A stretch of 64,000 nt of DNA from Candidatus Iainarchaeum sp. (lineage in GTDB: Archaea > B1Sed10-29 > WALL01). The position numbers and the translations under genes are program-made. The stretch covers positions 1 through 64,000 of the forward strand of contig JAGMCR010000009.1 of the NCBI GenBank assembly GCA_023129115.1, written 5' to 3'. A model generated the notes under the pieces. The model was given only the letters and a program-made list of their open reading frames with translations, was not told the origin of the DNA and ran no database searches. Below, piece by piece: positions 1 to 8,319 of this stretch (the first letter of the stretch is position 1; every line of letters starts with the position of its first letter).

Positions 1-42
1 AAAGGGGGGTTTGGCGGGGCTAGGGCACAAAAAAAGGAATAG

Positions 43-80
43 AACGGGGGGGTCGCCGGAACTGGCGACCCCCCGGTTTC
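43..80. repeat. G/C-tract hairpin element (copy 1); may also act as terminator of the L11-L12 operon
   Basis: GGGGGGTCGCC(47-57)-GGAACT-GGCGACCCCCC(64-74) perfect 11-bp stem; on the minus strand it is followed by a T7 run (29-35) downstream of rpl12. Confidence 0.75.
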
Positions 81-98
81 TTGTGGGGGGGAGAGGGC

Positions 99-117
99 GG
101 GGGCTGTTCCAGCCCCC
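99..117. repeat. G/C-tract hairpin element (copy 2)
   Basis: GGGGGCTG-TTC-CAGCCCCC, 8-bp perfect stem. Confidence 0.65.
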
Positions 118-134
118 TGATTTTGAAGGTAGAT

Positions 135-437
135 TTAGCCGAAGAGTGCTCCGAGGCCAGCTGCAGCCTCTTCCTCGGTTTTGCCCTGTTCCTCGGGCTC
201 TTCTTCCTTCTTTTCCTCGGCCGGGGCGGCGGCAGCTGCGGGAGCAGCCACTGCTGGGGCCACAGCGGCCTTGGAGACCGCTTCCTCGATGTTCACGCCA
301 TCGAGGCTGGCTACGAGGGCCTTCACTCGGGCGTCGTCGGCCTTGCTGCCTGCGGCTTCAAGGACCTTCTTGACGTTTGCCTCGTTGATCTCCTTGCCTT
401 CTGCGTTGAGCAGGAGAGCAGCGTATACATATTGCAT
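135..437 (-). CDS. rpl12: 50S ribosomal stalk protein P1/L12
   Basis: [10 protein letters not shown]...Ala/Glu-rich hinge...GLGALFG C-terminus; operon context. Confidence 0.97.
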   Translation of the reverse strand: MQYVYAALLLNAEGKEINEANVKKVLEAAGSKADDARVKALVASLDGVNIEEAVSKAAVAPAVAAPAAAAAPAEEKKEEEPEEQGKTEEEAAAGLGALFG

Positions 438-458
438 TCCATATCACCTTTGGATTAT

Positions 459-1304
459 TTATGCTTCCTTGACCAGCGAAGAAATCGCCTTGGCCTGCAT
501 TTCGCCCTTGGCGAGGAGGTCTTCCACAATCCCTTTGTCGAGGATGCTGGCCTCTACGCCGAGGTTCCTGGCCTCGGTGGACGCCTTTTGCAGGAACGTC
601 TCGATGTTTTCCTTCATGAAGTATCCTGCGTTGAAGGCTAGGTTGAACCCGCTCATGTAGGCCTTCTGGATGTTGGAGAGGGTCTCTTCTTCGCTGATGT
701 CGAGTATTTCGGAAGTGAATATCATGCCGTTTTCCAAAGCGGCTTCGAGCGTCATGCCGACTTCCATGGGCTTGAGCCCGAGCTTGGAGAGCGCGGCTGC
801 CTGCTCTTCGGTGATGGTGTCGCCCTCTTTTGCCACTGTGGAGTCCTTCATGACCTTGATTGAGCCGCCGTCTATCCTTGCGTTGATGCCCGCGACCTTG
901 AGCTCTCCGAGGGCTGGGCCTGGCGGCAGGCCGGTGTCGCCCTTGGGGACGACGATGTCGTACGGCGCGGCCTGGCCGGCGCGTGCCGGGGCCATGGACT
1001 TGTTTTTCTTCAGGAAATTGTAGAGCTTGAAGGGGTTGACGTCGCTGAAGATGACTGCGGTGGGGCCTTCCATGTGCCCCTCGAGCTGGCCGAGGCCCTT
1101 GACGCCCGAGTTCTCGAACGCGAGCTTGAGCAGCTTGAGCTTGGCGACCTTGACGACTGCCTGGTCCCTGAGCTTTTCGCGGATTTCCTGGAACTGCGAC
1201 GCGGGGAGCGACTCGATGCTCGAGATGGCTATGACTGGGTGTGCTTTTATGAGCTCTTCGAGGCCTGCCACGGCCTTTTTCTTCCACTCGGCGACGTGTG
1301 CCAT
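459..1304 (-). CDS. rplP0: 50S ribosomal protein L10/P0
   Basis: True start MAHVAEWKK at 1304 (TGA/ATG overlap with L1); GPT..NPF..APARAG..GDTGLPPGP motifs. Confidence 0.96.
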   Translation of the reverse strand: MAHVAEWKKKAVAGLEELIKAHPVIAISSIESLPASQFQEIREKLRDQAVVKVAKLKLLKLAFENSGVKGLGQLEGHMEGPTAVIFSDVNPFKLYNFLKKNKSMAPARAGQAAPYDIVVPKGDTGLPPGPALGELKVAGINARIDGGSIKVMKDSTVAKEGDTITEEQAAALSKLGLKPMEVGMTLEAALENGMIFTSEILDISEEETLSNIQKAYMSGFNLAFNAGYFMKENIETFLQKASTEARNLGVEASILDKGIVEDLLAKGEMQAKAISSLVKEA

Positions 1305-1945
1305 CAGATTCCCTCCGTTATGGCCACTGTCGGGCCCATGGTCGTCTTTACCCGGACGCTGCCGATGTTCTGTGGGCTGGGTATCTTGGCCTTGATTGCG
1401 GAGAGAACGGCTGTGGCGTTGGCGACTAGGTCTTCGGTCGTCATTTCTTCTGTGCCGAACGGGACGTGCAGTACGGGGAGGTTCTTTCCCGTGGTCTTGA
1501 TTATGAGGGTGTTCTTGAGCCGCGCTACGAGCGGCTTGAGGTCCGCGTTCGGGGGCACTGGCTTGGGCATCTTGCCCCGCGGGCCGAGCGCCTGGCCGAG
1601 GAACTTGCCGACGAGCGGCATGAGGTTGGCCTGGGCGATGAATGCGTCGTAGTCGTTGGCGAGGGACTTTATCTTCTTGGGGTCCTTGCCCATGGACTCG
1701 AGCTCGTTGGAGAGTATTACTTTGTCGGCGGCTGCCTTGGCGCTGGACGCCATTTCGTCGCTGCAGATTACGCAGATTTTTTGGTCTTTGCCCCGGCCCT
1801 TGGGCAGCAGGACCTCTAGGCTGATTTTGTTGTCCTGCTTGTTGAAGTCGATGCTCTTGAAGTTGATGAACAAGTCCATCGACTGGACAAAGTTCCTTTT
1901 TTTGGAGTCTGCCTTTGCTTTCTCTATGGCTTCTGCCAGCTTCAT
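1304..1945 (-). CDS. rpl1: 50S ribosomal protein L1
   Basis: KRNFVQSMDL, LGPRGKMPKP, VKTTMGP motifs. Confidence 0.97.
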   Translation of the reverse strand: MKLAEAIEKAKADSKKRNFVQSMDLFINFKSIDFNKQDNKISLEVLLPKGRGKDQKICVICSDEMASSAKAAADKVILSNELESMGKDPKKIKSLANDYDAFIAQANLMPLVGKFLGQALGPRGKMPKPVPPNADLKPLVARLKNTLIIKTTGKNLPVLHVPFGTEEMTTEDLVANATAVLSAIKAKIPSPQNIGSVRVKTTMGPTVAITEGI

Positions 1946-1951
1946 GCAAAA

Positions 1952-2000
1952 TCCCCTCCTAGAGCATGTTTAAGCCGTGGCCGCTCTTAGTCTAAGGGAG
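1952..2000 (-). promoter_or_regulatory. Structured rpl1 5' leader, candidate L1 autoregulatory site
   Basis: TATA box TTTATAAA at 2026-2033; leader folds CUCC/GGGG plus CUA(A)GAGC/GCUCUAG around a GA/CUUAGA asymmetric loop that overlaps the GGAGG SD. Confidence 0.4.
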
Positions 2001-2035
2001 TGGTCTTTGGTTGTGCTTGTGGGGGTTTATAAACA

Positions 2036-2710
2036 TTACTTCTTTGCGGGAGCCTTGTTGTCCTTCTTGGGCTCTTCTTTCTCGGCGGGCTTTTCGGCTT
2101 CCGCGGTCGCTTTTTCGGCTGCCTGTGCCTCTGCCTCTTCCTTGGCTGCTGCCTTGGTCTTGGCCAGCTTGTCCTGGTGCTCCTTGGCTGCTGCCGCGGC
2201 GGCCTCGCGGTCGTACTCGAGGCTCGCGCCTTCCGCGAAGAGGTCGTCGAACTTTCCCTCGTCAATGGCTTTCTGTGCTTCCCTGGGGTCCATTCCCTCG
2301 ACCAGGAGGCCCATGCTTACGCAGGTGCCGATTACTTCTTTGGTGGCTGCCTTGACGGTCTTGGCGAGCATGTTGTCCTGCTTCATTCTGGCGACCTTGA
2401 CCGCGCCCTTCATGGGGAAATCGCCTGCCTTTTGGGTGGCCTGGCTGCCAGAGCCCTTTTCGATTCCGAGCTCTTTCTTGATGAGGGCGGACACGGGTGG
2501 TGTGCCGACCTCGATGCGGAAGCTCTTGTCCGAAGAATTGATTATTACTTTGACCGGGACCTGCATTCCAGCGAAGTCCTTGGTCTTTTCGTTGATGGCG
2601 TTGACGACGTCGCCTATGTTTATGCCCATGGGGCCCAGCGCGGGGCCAAGCGGCGGGCCTGCGTTGGCCTTTCCGCCTTCAACCAATGACTCAATTGTCG
2701 ATTCCGGCAT
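2036..2710 (-). CDS. rpl11: 50S ribosomal protein L11 with Ala/Glu/Lys-rich C-terminal tail
   Basis: GGKANAGPPLGPALGP, VGTPPVSALI, GTCVSMG motifs. Confidence 0.97.
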   Translation of the reverse strand: MPESTIESLVEGGKANAGPPLGPALGPMGINIGDVVNAINEKTKDFAGMQVPVKVIINSSDKSFRIEVGTPPVSALIKKELGIEKGSGSQATQKAGDFPMKGAVKVARMKQDNMLAKTVKAATKEVIGTCVSMGLLVEGMDPREAQKAIDEGKFDDLFAEGASLEYDREAAAAAAKEHQDKLAKTKAAAKEEAEAQAAEKATAEAEKPAEKEEPKKDNKAPAKK

Positions 2711-2786
2711 GATTATCACTATTTCCTAGCTTCCCAGAAAAAGTCCGTAACCCGCTTATTCTGAAGCATGGGGTTTAAAAGCGTTG

Positions 2787-3515
2787 CTATTTCTTGAGGA
2801 CTTTTCTCCGTCTGCGCTTGCGCTTTTCTCCCTCCACAGGCCAAGCCTTGAGTATTGGGCCTTCCTTTTTGTCGCGCTCGATTACGGGGGACTCCTTTTC
2901 CTTGACGAGCACTCCCAAGCGGGACTCCCTCTCGATTTTTTCGAGTATTGCGGTCCTCTCGGCCACCGGGCCCTCGGCGAAGGAAACGCGTTTTATGCGC
3001 CTTCGCTTGCGCGTTGGTGGTTCCAGGTCCATAGATGGTTTCCGTTTCCCTTCCCAGTCCACGGCGGGCTTTTCTTCCTCCCAGTCAACTGTGCCTTTCT
3101 TGGCAGGCGGCTTCTCGGCAGTGGACTCTTCCACCTTGGAGATGACACGCAGCATATCGGTGTCCCGCCCCTCGACAAATTTGGTGAGGTCCTTTGGCGT
3201 ATGGCCGCGGAGGAACGCGCCCAGCGTTGCAGTGAGGTCGTCGTGCAGTTCCTCAAACTGGTCGGCGAGGTCCATCCTCCTGAATGTGACTTCAAGGGTT
3301 TCTGTAATATTCTTCTTTTTCTCCAGGAAAGAGGATCCAAGCGCGCTGTTGTCCGGGTGGTCCAGGTAATCGCTCAGTACAACGTCGTAGTCGTCGCCTT
3401 CCTTCACGCTGCCGTGCTTGTAGCGCATCCCCCTCACGATGGCACTGAAAATGTTCTGGTACTTAGTGTACGCCTTCGTCAGGTCGGTGAGCTGCTTCTC
3501 TTTCGATTCAGACAT
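2787..3515 (-). CDS. Hypothetical protein, paralog A of tandem trio; basic C-terminus
   Basis: Open frame with own promoter-like spacer; shares DDY..L.D.L / FL / LG..LRG pattern with neighbours. Confidence 0.75.
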   Translation of the reverse strand: MSESKEKQLTDLTKAYTKYQNIFSAIVRGMRYKHGSVKEGDDYDVVLSDYLDHPDNSALGSSFLEKKKNITETLEVTFRRMDLADQFEELHDDLTATLGAFLRGHTPKDLTKFVEGRDTDMLRVISKVEESTAEKPPAKKGTVDWEEEKPAVDWEGKRKPSMDLEPPTRKRRRIKRVSFAEGPVAERTAILEKIERESRLGVLVKEKESPVIERDKKEGPILKAWPVEGEKRKRRRRKVLKK

Positions 3516-3559
3516 ACAAAGCACCCTTAATAAAATAAAGAAGTTCCAGCTAAAAAAGC

Positions 3560-4006
3560 CTATGGGCGCTTTTCGTGCTTTGGGAGCTCTGGGAAGGGCT
3601 TGAGCTCGGGGGGTTCTTTCCTACGGTCTGGGCGGGCGAGGTCGTCCATTTGTGTCTTCAGCTCCTTGTGGGACGTGGCGAACTCGTCGGGAGTGATTTT
3701 CCCGCGGAGGGCTTTGCCCATCTTCTGTTCCAGCTCGCTATGCAGCTTTTTAAATCTCGTGGTGAGGCCAACCACCTCCATGTGGTCGCAGGCCTCGATA
3801 AGCTTGTCCCTTAGCCTAAGGAATTCGAATCCCACGTGTGCGTTCTCTTCCTTATTGAGGTGGTCCACCAGTATATCCTCGTAGTCGTCGCCGGAGCCCA
3901 CAGTCCCATGGCCTGCCTCGATAATCTTGACTACTTCGTCCCGAAGGTTCGTGTAGCCGCCGTACATTGTCTTGAAGTCTGCTTCAATGCGCTCTTGCTC
4001 AGTCAT
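3560..4006 (-). CDS. Hypothetical protein, paralog B of tandem trio
   Basis: MTEQER start, GDDYEDILVDHL, MGKALRG. Confidence 0.8.
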   Translation of the reverse strand: MTEQERIEADFKTMYGGYTNLRDEVVKIIEAGHGTVGSGDDYEDILVDHLNKEENAHVGFEFLRLRDKLIEACDHMEVVGLTTRFKKLHSELEQKMGKALRGKITPDEFATSHKELKTQMDDLARPDRRKEPPELKPFPELPKHEKRP

Positions 4007-4020
4007 TCAGGCCACCGGCT
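3990..4020. repeat. 31-bp exact direct repeat, copy 1 (SD + MTEQER start)
   Basis: CGCTCTTGCTCAGTCATTCAGGCCACCGGCT identical to 4538-4568. Confidence 0.95.
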
Positions 4021-4056
4021 TATGATAATGGAGTTCAAACTAAAAAAAGGTTGCTG

Positions 4057-4554
4057 TTACCTTTTCACGACCTTTCTCTTGCGGATGGGCTTTTCAATCA
4101 GGGGCTTTTCAATCATTTGGCCTGAAGGCAAGACTGTTTTCATTTCCCTAAAGACAAGCTTCCGTACATCACCCCGGTGGGCTTTGTGGGACTTTTTGGG
4201 GTCTTTGAACTCTTCGTCTGACAAGTCGTGCATCAGGGCCTTGCCCAGTGCTAGCCTGAACCTATCGTAAGAAAGCCTGAACCGGGTAACAGATGTGAGG
4301 GTATATACGTCTTTGAGGGCTAACTCAAGCCCCCCCTTAGCCCGCAGAAAGTTCTTTACATCTGTTTTATACTTCGCCAAGTCAAGATGGTCGGCGAGTG
4401 CATTATGGTAGTCATCGTTGGTTCTCTTGGCTTTCCCTTCGGCTTTCATGACTCCCTTGTTCTCTTCGATGAGGTCGGCTAGGTTGCTGGAAGCTGTCTC
4501 GTAATCATAAAATGCTGATTCGAGTACTTCAACCTTTCGCTCTTGCTCAGTCAT
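4057..4554 (-). CDS. Hypothetical protein, paralog C of tandem trio
   Basis: MTEQER start, NDDYHNALADHL, LGKALM; AT-richer codons. Confidence 0.8.
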   Translation of the reverse strand: MTEQERKVEVLESAFYDYETASSNLADLIEENKGVMKAEGKAKRTNDDYHNALADHLDLAKYKTDVKNFLRAKGGLELALKDVYTLTSVTRFRLSYDRFRLALGKALMHDLSDEEFKDPKKSHKAHRGDVRKLVFREMKTVLPSGQMIEKPLIEKPIRKRKVVKR

Positions 4555-4568
4555 TCAGGCCACCGGCT
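4538..4568. repeat. 31-bp exact direct repeat, copy 2
   Basis: Identical to 3990-4020. Confidence 0.95.
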
Positions 4569-4624
4569 AGGATTAGGGTAAGTTGAGGCATAAAAGAGTT
4601 AGTCTTTTCGGGATGGTTATATTC

Positions 4625-4680
4625 AAGCAGGGGGGTGCTCGCCAGCTCAGCGGGGGGTGCAACCCCCCAAGGGGCTGCTT
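4625..4680. repeat. G/C-tract hairpin element (copy 3) directly after spt5 stop
   Basis: GGGGGGT-GCA-ACCCCCC (4652-4668) inside outer AAGCAG...CTGCTT arms. Confidence 0.6.
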
Positions 4681-5123
4681 TAGTCCTGCTTTTGGTTGAT
4701 GACGCGGATGCTCGCAGCGTCCATTGTGATGGGGATGGGCACGGTTGCCTCGACGAGCTCGAGCGTGATTTTGTCCTTGGCCTCGTCGACCCGCACGACC
4801 TTGGCCTTCTCGCCCTTGAACGGGCCAGCGGTGAGCTCCACTAGGTCGCCCTTGTGGATGTCCACGGTGAGGCTCTTTTCCTCGAAGAAGTGGCCGACTT
4901 CCGTCAAGTCCACGCCGCCGGAGACGAGCCCCTTGACCTGCGGGACGTTGTAGATTAGCTTGCGGACCTCGGCCTCGTTCGGCGCCTCGGCAAAAATATA
5001 GCCGCGCAGGTTGTCCACCACCACAACGGAGTAGATTTCCTGCTCGCCCTTGGTCTGCTTGGACCTAAGCAGGTCAGCGACTATTCGCTCTTGGCCAACT
5101 GTAGTCCTAATCGTGTAAATCAT
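4680..5123 (-). CDS. spt5: Transcription elongation factor Spt5/NusG
   Basis: MIYTIRTTVGQE NGN domain; KOW motif GDLVELTAGPFKGEKAKV. Confidence 0.96.
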   Translation of the reverse strand: MIYTIRTTVGQERIVADLLRSKQTKGEQEIYSVVVVDNLRGYIFAEAPNEAEVRKLIYNVPQVKGLVSGGVDLTEVGHFFEEKSLTVDIHKGDLVELTAGPFKGEKAKVVRVDEAKDKITLELVEATVPIPITMDAASIRVINQKQD

Positions 5124-5125
5124 TT

Positions 5126-5287
5126 TCAGGTCAGCCCAATAAGCCTTGAGAACAGAATCACGGCGACGCCCAGGACGCCGATGAGTATCATGCCAATCCC
5201 CGTTATCTTGGAAATCATGATAAACTCGTCCTTGCGGGGCTTGCGCGTTAGCCTTAGGACGCGCACTGCCTCGTTGATGAAGCTCAT
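5126..5287 (-). CDS. secE: Protein translocase SecE/Sec61-gamma (absent from ORF track)
   Basis: MSFINEAVRVLRLTRKPRKDEFIMISKITGIGMILIGVLG; conserved ftsZ-secE-spt5 order. Confidence 0.93.
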   Translation of the reverse strand: MSFINEAVRVLRLTRKPRKDEFIMISKITGIGMILIGVLGVAVILFSRLIGLT

Positions 5288-5293
5288 CCAAAA

Positions 5294-6415
5294 TCACTCC
5301 ACGTACTCGACGTCAATCTCGACTTCTTCCTGGAGCAGCCTGGCCTCGTCGAGGTACGGGAACCTCCCGCCCGCGATTACAATCATGGCCTGTAACTTGC
5401 TCCTCTTCATATCGTCGTCAATCATGGCGCCCCAAATGATGTGCGCGTTCGAGTGGATTTTGCTCGCGACTGCCTCGACAATCATCTCGGCCTCGCGCAG
5501 GGTCATGTCCGTGCCGCCGCACACGTTGACGAGCGCGCGGGTCGATTCCGAGACGTCGATGTCCAGCAGCGGAGAGTTCAAGGCGTCCTCGACCGCTTCC
5601 AACGCACGGCCCTCCGAGTCGCCCTCGATTTCTGACTCGCCGAGGCCAATCATTGCCGCCCCGCCGTTGGCGAGGACTGCACGCACGTCGGCGAAGTCCA
5701 GGTTCACGAGGCCGGGCTTGGTGATTAGCTCGGTGATGCCCTTTACCGCGTTCACGAGAATCTCGTCCGCGACCTTGAACGCCGCGTTGATTGGCAGGTC
5801 GGGCACGATTTCGAGCAATTTGTCGTTTGGGATTACGATTACTGTGTCCGATTCCTTGCGGAGCTTCTTGAGCCCGGCGAGCGCGTTCTCCATTCTCCTC
5901 CTCCCTTCGACGCTGAATGGGAGGGTGACCACGCCGAGCGTGAGCGCGCCGATGTCGCGGGCGACCTGGGCAATGATTGGCGCTGAGCCTGTCCCTGTTC
6001 CGCCGCCGAGGCCGCACGTGATGAACACGAGGTCGCTGCTGGCAAGGACTTTTTCGATTGCTTTCACGCTTTCCTTGCTGGCCGCTTCGCCGAGCTCGGG
6101 GTCGCTTCCCGCGCCGAGGCCGCGGGTGATGGTCCTGCCGAGCAAGAGCTTTCTGTCGGCAGGCGTTATGAGCAGGTGCTGGGCGTCTGTGTTCATGGCG
6201 ATGGATTCAGCGCCCTGGACGCCGACCTCGTGGAGGCGGCGCATGGTGTTGTTTCCGGAGCCGCCGGTGCCGACGACACGAATCCTGGCCTGCGAGCTCG
6301 AAAGAATGTCCTCGATTTCCTTGTTGGAGAGCGCAGCCCTCACACGCGGCTTCCTTGCCTTTGACTTTGACTTGGATTTAGCCCTCTTGGCGGCCTTTTT
6401 CACTATTTTCCTCAA
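5294..6415 (-). CDS. ftsZ: Cell division protein FtsZ (FtsZ1 context), basic N-terminal extension
   Basis: GLGGGTGTG tubulin signature, NLDFADV; TTG start with GGTGA SD. Confidence 0.97.
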   Translation of the reverse strand: MRKIVKKAAKRAKSKSKSKARKPRVRAALSNKEIEDILSSSQARIRVVGTGGSGNNTMRRLHEVGVQGAESIAMNTDAQHLLITPADRKLLLGRTITRGLGAGSDPELGEAASKESVKAIEKVLASSDLVFITCGLGGGTGTGSAPIIAQVARDIGALTLGVVTLPFSVEGRRRMENALAGLKKLRKESDTVIVIPNDKLLEIVPDLPINAAFKVADEILVNAVKGITELITKPGLVNLDFADVRAVLANGGAAMIGLGESEIEGDSEGRALEAVEDALNSPLLDIDVSESTRALVNVCGGTDMTLREAEMIVEAVASKIHSNAHIIWGAMIDDDMKRSKLQAMIVIAGGRFPYLDEARLLQEEVEIDVEYVE

Positions 6416-6444
6416 GAAGAATCACCTTGCCTATCACGCTGTAA

Positions 6445-6468
6445 GCACAATTAGCGGCGTAATTGTGC
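6445..6468. promoter_or_regulatory. Palindromic operator candidate at the ftsZ promoter
   Basis: GCACAATTA-N6-TAATTGTGC perfect inverted repeat just downstream of TATA TTTAAA (6478-6483). Confidence 0.55.
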
Positions 6469-6503
6469 AGAAAGGGGTTTAAATAGGTTATGCTGTTTAC
6501 TGG

Positions 6504-7247
6504 TTATCCTTGCATGGCCTTCTCTAATTCCATGGCGAGGTAATCAGTTAACGACCTTTCTTCGAAAATGCCTTTTTTGACAATTTTCTTGACTAGGTTA
6601 GGGACTGGTTCGCCAGTCAAATCAGACAGATAGATTATCGCTTCAGTAATGGCAGTTGGCGGAGTCTGAGCCAGTATGCCTGGCTTAAGCCCCTTATCGA
6701 TTTCCTTCAAACGTTTGCACATCTCAAGATACTCTTGCGGAGACCCATATGCGTTCTCATGTACATCTTCTTTGACCGAGGGGTGCAGGTTTTCTTCCCC
6801 CAAGACAAAATAAGCTAACGCTTTACTGACTGATTCATGAAAAGTCTTGAACTTTGAGTAATGCGTGGAAGGATCATTGCCATCTTTGCCGACAAGATGC
6901 ATGAGGACAACGTGGGACAATTCTTCCGGAATCGTGCGCCTAGCGAGTTCTACCTCGCCGAAAATGCCTGCACGTTGATTTGCCCCAAGATGATACTCGA
7001 ACTTGCCGTTTACTTCGAGGGGGAGGGCTACACCAGTAGTGAACTTAGAAACGAGGTTGGAACTATGACTAGCGATTTTGTCTTGCGATTCTTTTGATGC
7101 AGAGGGGTGGTTGGCAACGTAATCCTTTGCATCACCCACAGACTCATGGAATACTATCTTCTCAGGGAGTTCAAAATGAGTTGAGAGTATACTGTTCACC
7201 CTGTTTACCCTATCACGAGCCCACTCTGCCCTGACTTCAATAGGCAT
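6504..7247 (-). CDS. Orphan AT-richer protein, possible zincin-like fold (EExxH variant)
   Basis: 247-aa ORF; PEELSHVVL followed about 20 aa later by FHES. Confidence 0.7.
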   Translation of the reverse strand: MPIEVRAEWARDRVNRVNSILSTHFELPEKIVFHESVGDAKDYVANHPSASKESQDKIASHSSNLVSKFTTGVALPLEVNGKFEYHLGANQRAGIFGEVELARRTIPEELSHVVLMHLVGKDGNDPSTHYSKFKTFHESVSKALAYFVLGEENLHPSVKEDVHENAYGSPQEYLEMCKRLKEIDKGLKPGILAQTPPTAITEAIIYLSDLTGEPVPNLVKKIVKKGIFEERSLTDYLAMELEKAMQG

Positions 7248-7384
7248 GAATCCGATTTATGCCTCTGAGAGTTTAAATAGGTTCTTGACTGACTGTTCCA
7301 CTTGCCACGAGCGGGTTGTATTGGCTCCAAGAGGATTCATAGAAGAACCTAACCTTTAAATCCCAAGACTGCTTTTTAGCACCC

Positions 7385-8284
7385 ATGAAGTCGAAAACCA
7401 CTGCCCAGCGCATAAAGCGGCTCGAAATCCAGGGCGCGAGGAATATTGCCCGCAAGGGGCTTGAGGCCCTGGCTTTTGACGCGCGCCGGAGCAAGGCGAA
7501 GACGCTGGCGGCGTTCGGGAAGGAAGTGGAGAAGAACAGCGCTCTGCTCGCCGGCGCGCGGCCCACCGAGCCAGCGCTGCGGAACGGCCTCGCGCTCGTG
7601 CAGAGCGCGCTCGCAATCGAGAGCTCTTTGCCCGGGGCAAAGGAGGCGGTCGCAGAGGCGACAACGCAGTACGCCAAGCAGATGGAAGAGGCCAAGAAAA
7701 AAATTGTGCAGGTGGGCGTGAAGCGGATAAGGAGTGGTATGACCGTGTTCACGCACTGCCATTCTTCCACGGTCACTGCGATACTGGTGGCGGCGTGGAA
7801 AAAAGGAAAACGGTTCGACGTGATTAACACGGAAACGCGCCCGCGCTTCCAGGGGAGGATTACTGCCCGCGAGCTTGTTGGCGCCGGGATTCCGGTGACG
7901 CACATCGTTGACTCCGCGGCGAGGAGGGTGATGAACGAGGCAGACCTTGTGCTGGTGGGTGCGGACGCCGTGACTGCAGAGGGCAGCCTCGTGAACAAGA
8001 TTGGGACGAGCATGATTGCGCTGGCGGCGCACGAGGCGAGGACAGAGTTTGCCTCCGCGTGCGAGACGTTCAAGTTCGACCCGCTTACGCTGGGCGGCGA
8101 GGACGAGCCAATTGAGTACAGGAGCCCGAAAGAAGTGTGGGCGAGGCCGCCGCGCGGACTCAGTATAAGGAACCCTGCTTTTGATGTGACGCCGCCTGAA
8201 TATATAGACTATATTATAACAGAAGAGGGAATCATCCCGCCGTCAGAGGTAGCGCATATCCTGCGCGAAAGGGCGCGCTGGTGA
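7385..8284 (+). CDS. Ribose-1,5-bisphosphate isomerase (eIF-2B-like)
   Basis: IQGA, RPTEPALRN, THCHSSTV, ETRPRFQG, NKIGT, NPAFDVTP; adjacent to AMP phosphorylase. Confidence 0.92.
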   Translation: MKSKTTAQRIKRLEIQGARNIARKGLEALAFDARRSKAKTLAAFGKEVEKNSALLAGARPTEPALRNGLALVQSALAIESSLPGAKEAVAEATTQYAKQMEEAKKKIVQVGVKRIRSGMTVFTHCHSSTVTAILVAAWKKGKRFDVINTETRPRFQGRITARELVGAGIPVTHIVDSAARRVMNEADLVLVGADAVTAEGSLVNKIGTSMIALAAHEARTEFASACETFKFDPLTLGGEDEPIEYRSPKEVWARPPRGLSIRNPAFDVTPPEYIDYIITEEGIIPPSEVAHILRERARW

Positions 8285-8319
8285 ATCTTTATAAACAACG
8301 GCTCCGTTAGTGGGATTGG

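Noticed and set aside
459-1949. 496-aa ORF suggesting an extended P0 or an L1-P0 fusion
   Set aside because: The upstream part is a shadow frame of rpl1; P0 starts at 1304 with a normal stop/start overlap.
3990-4568. 31-bp repeat as CRISPR repeat or integron attC site
   Set aside because: Only two copies 548 bp apart, non-palindromic, and covering the SD and start codons of paralogs.
4599-4697. TTAGTC...TGGTT on both sides of the spt5-downstream hairpin as a target duplication
   Set aside because: Only 6 bp exact plus gapped similarity; too weak to claim.
7278-7351. 9-bp inverted repeat TAGGTTCTT/AAGAACCTA as MITE ends
   Set aside because: Both arms abut TATA boxes of divergent promoters, so BRE-like symmetry explains it; no target duplication.
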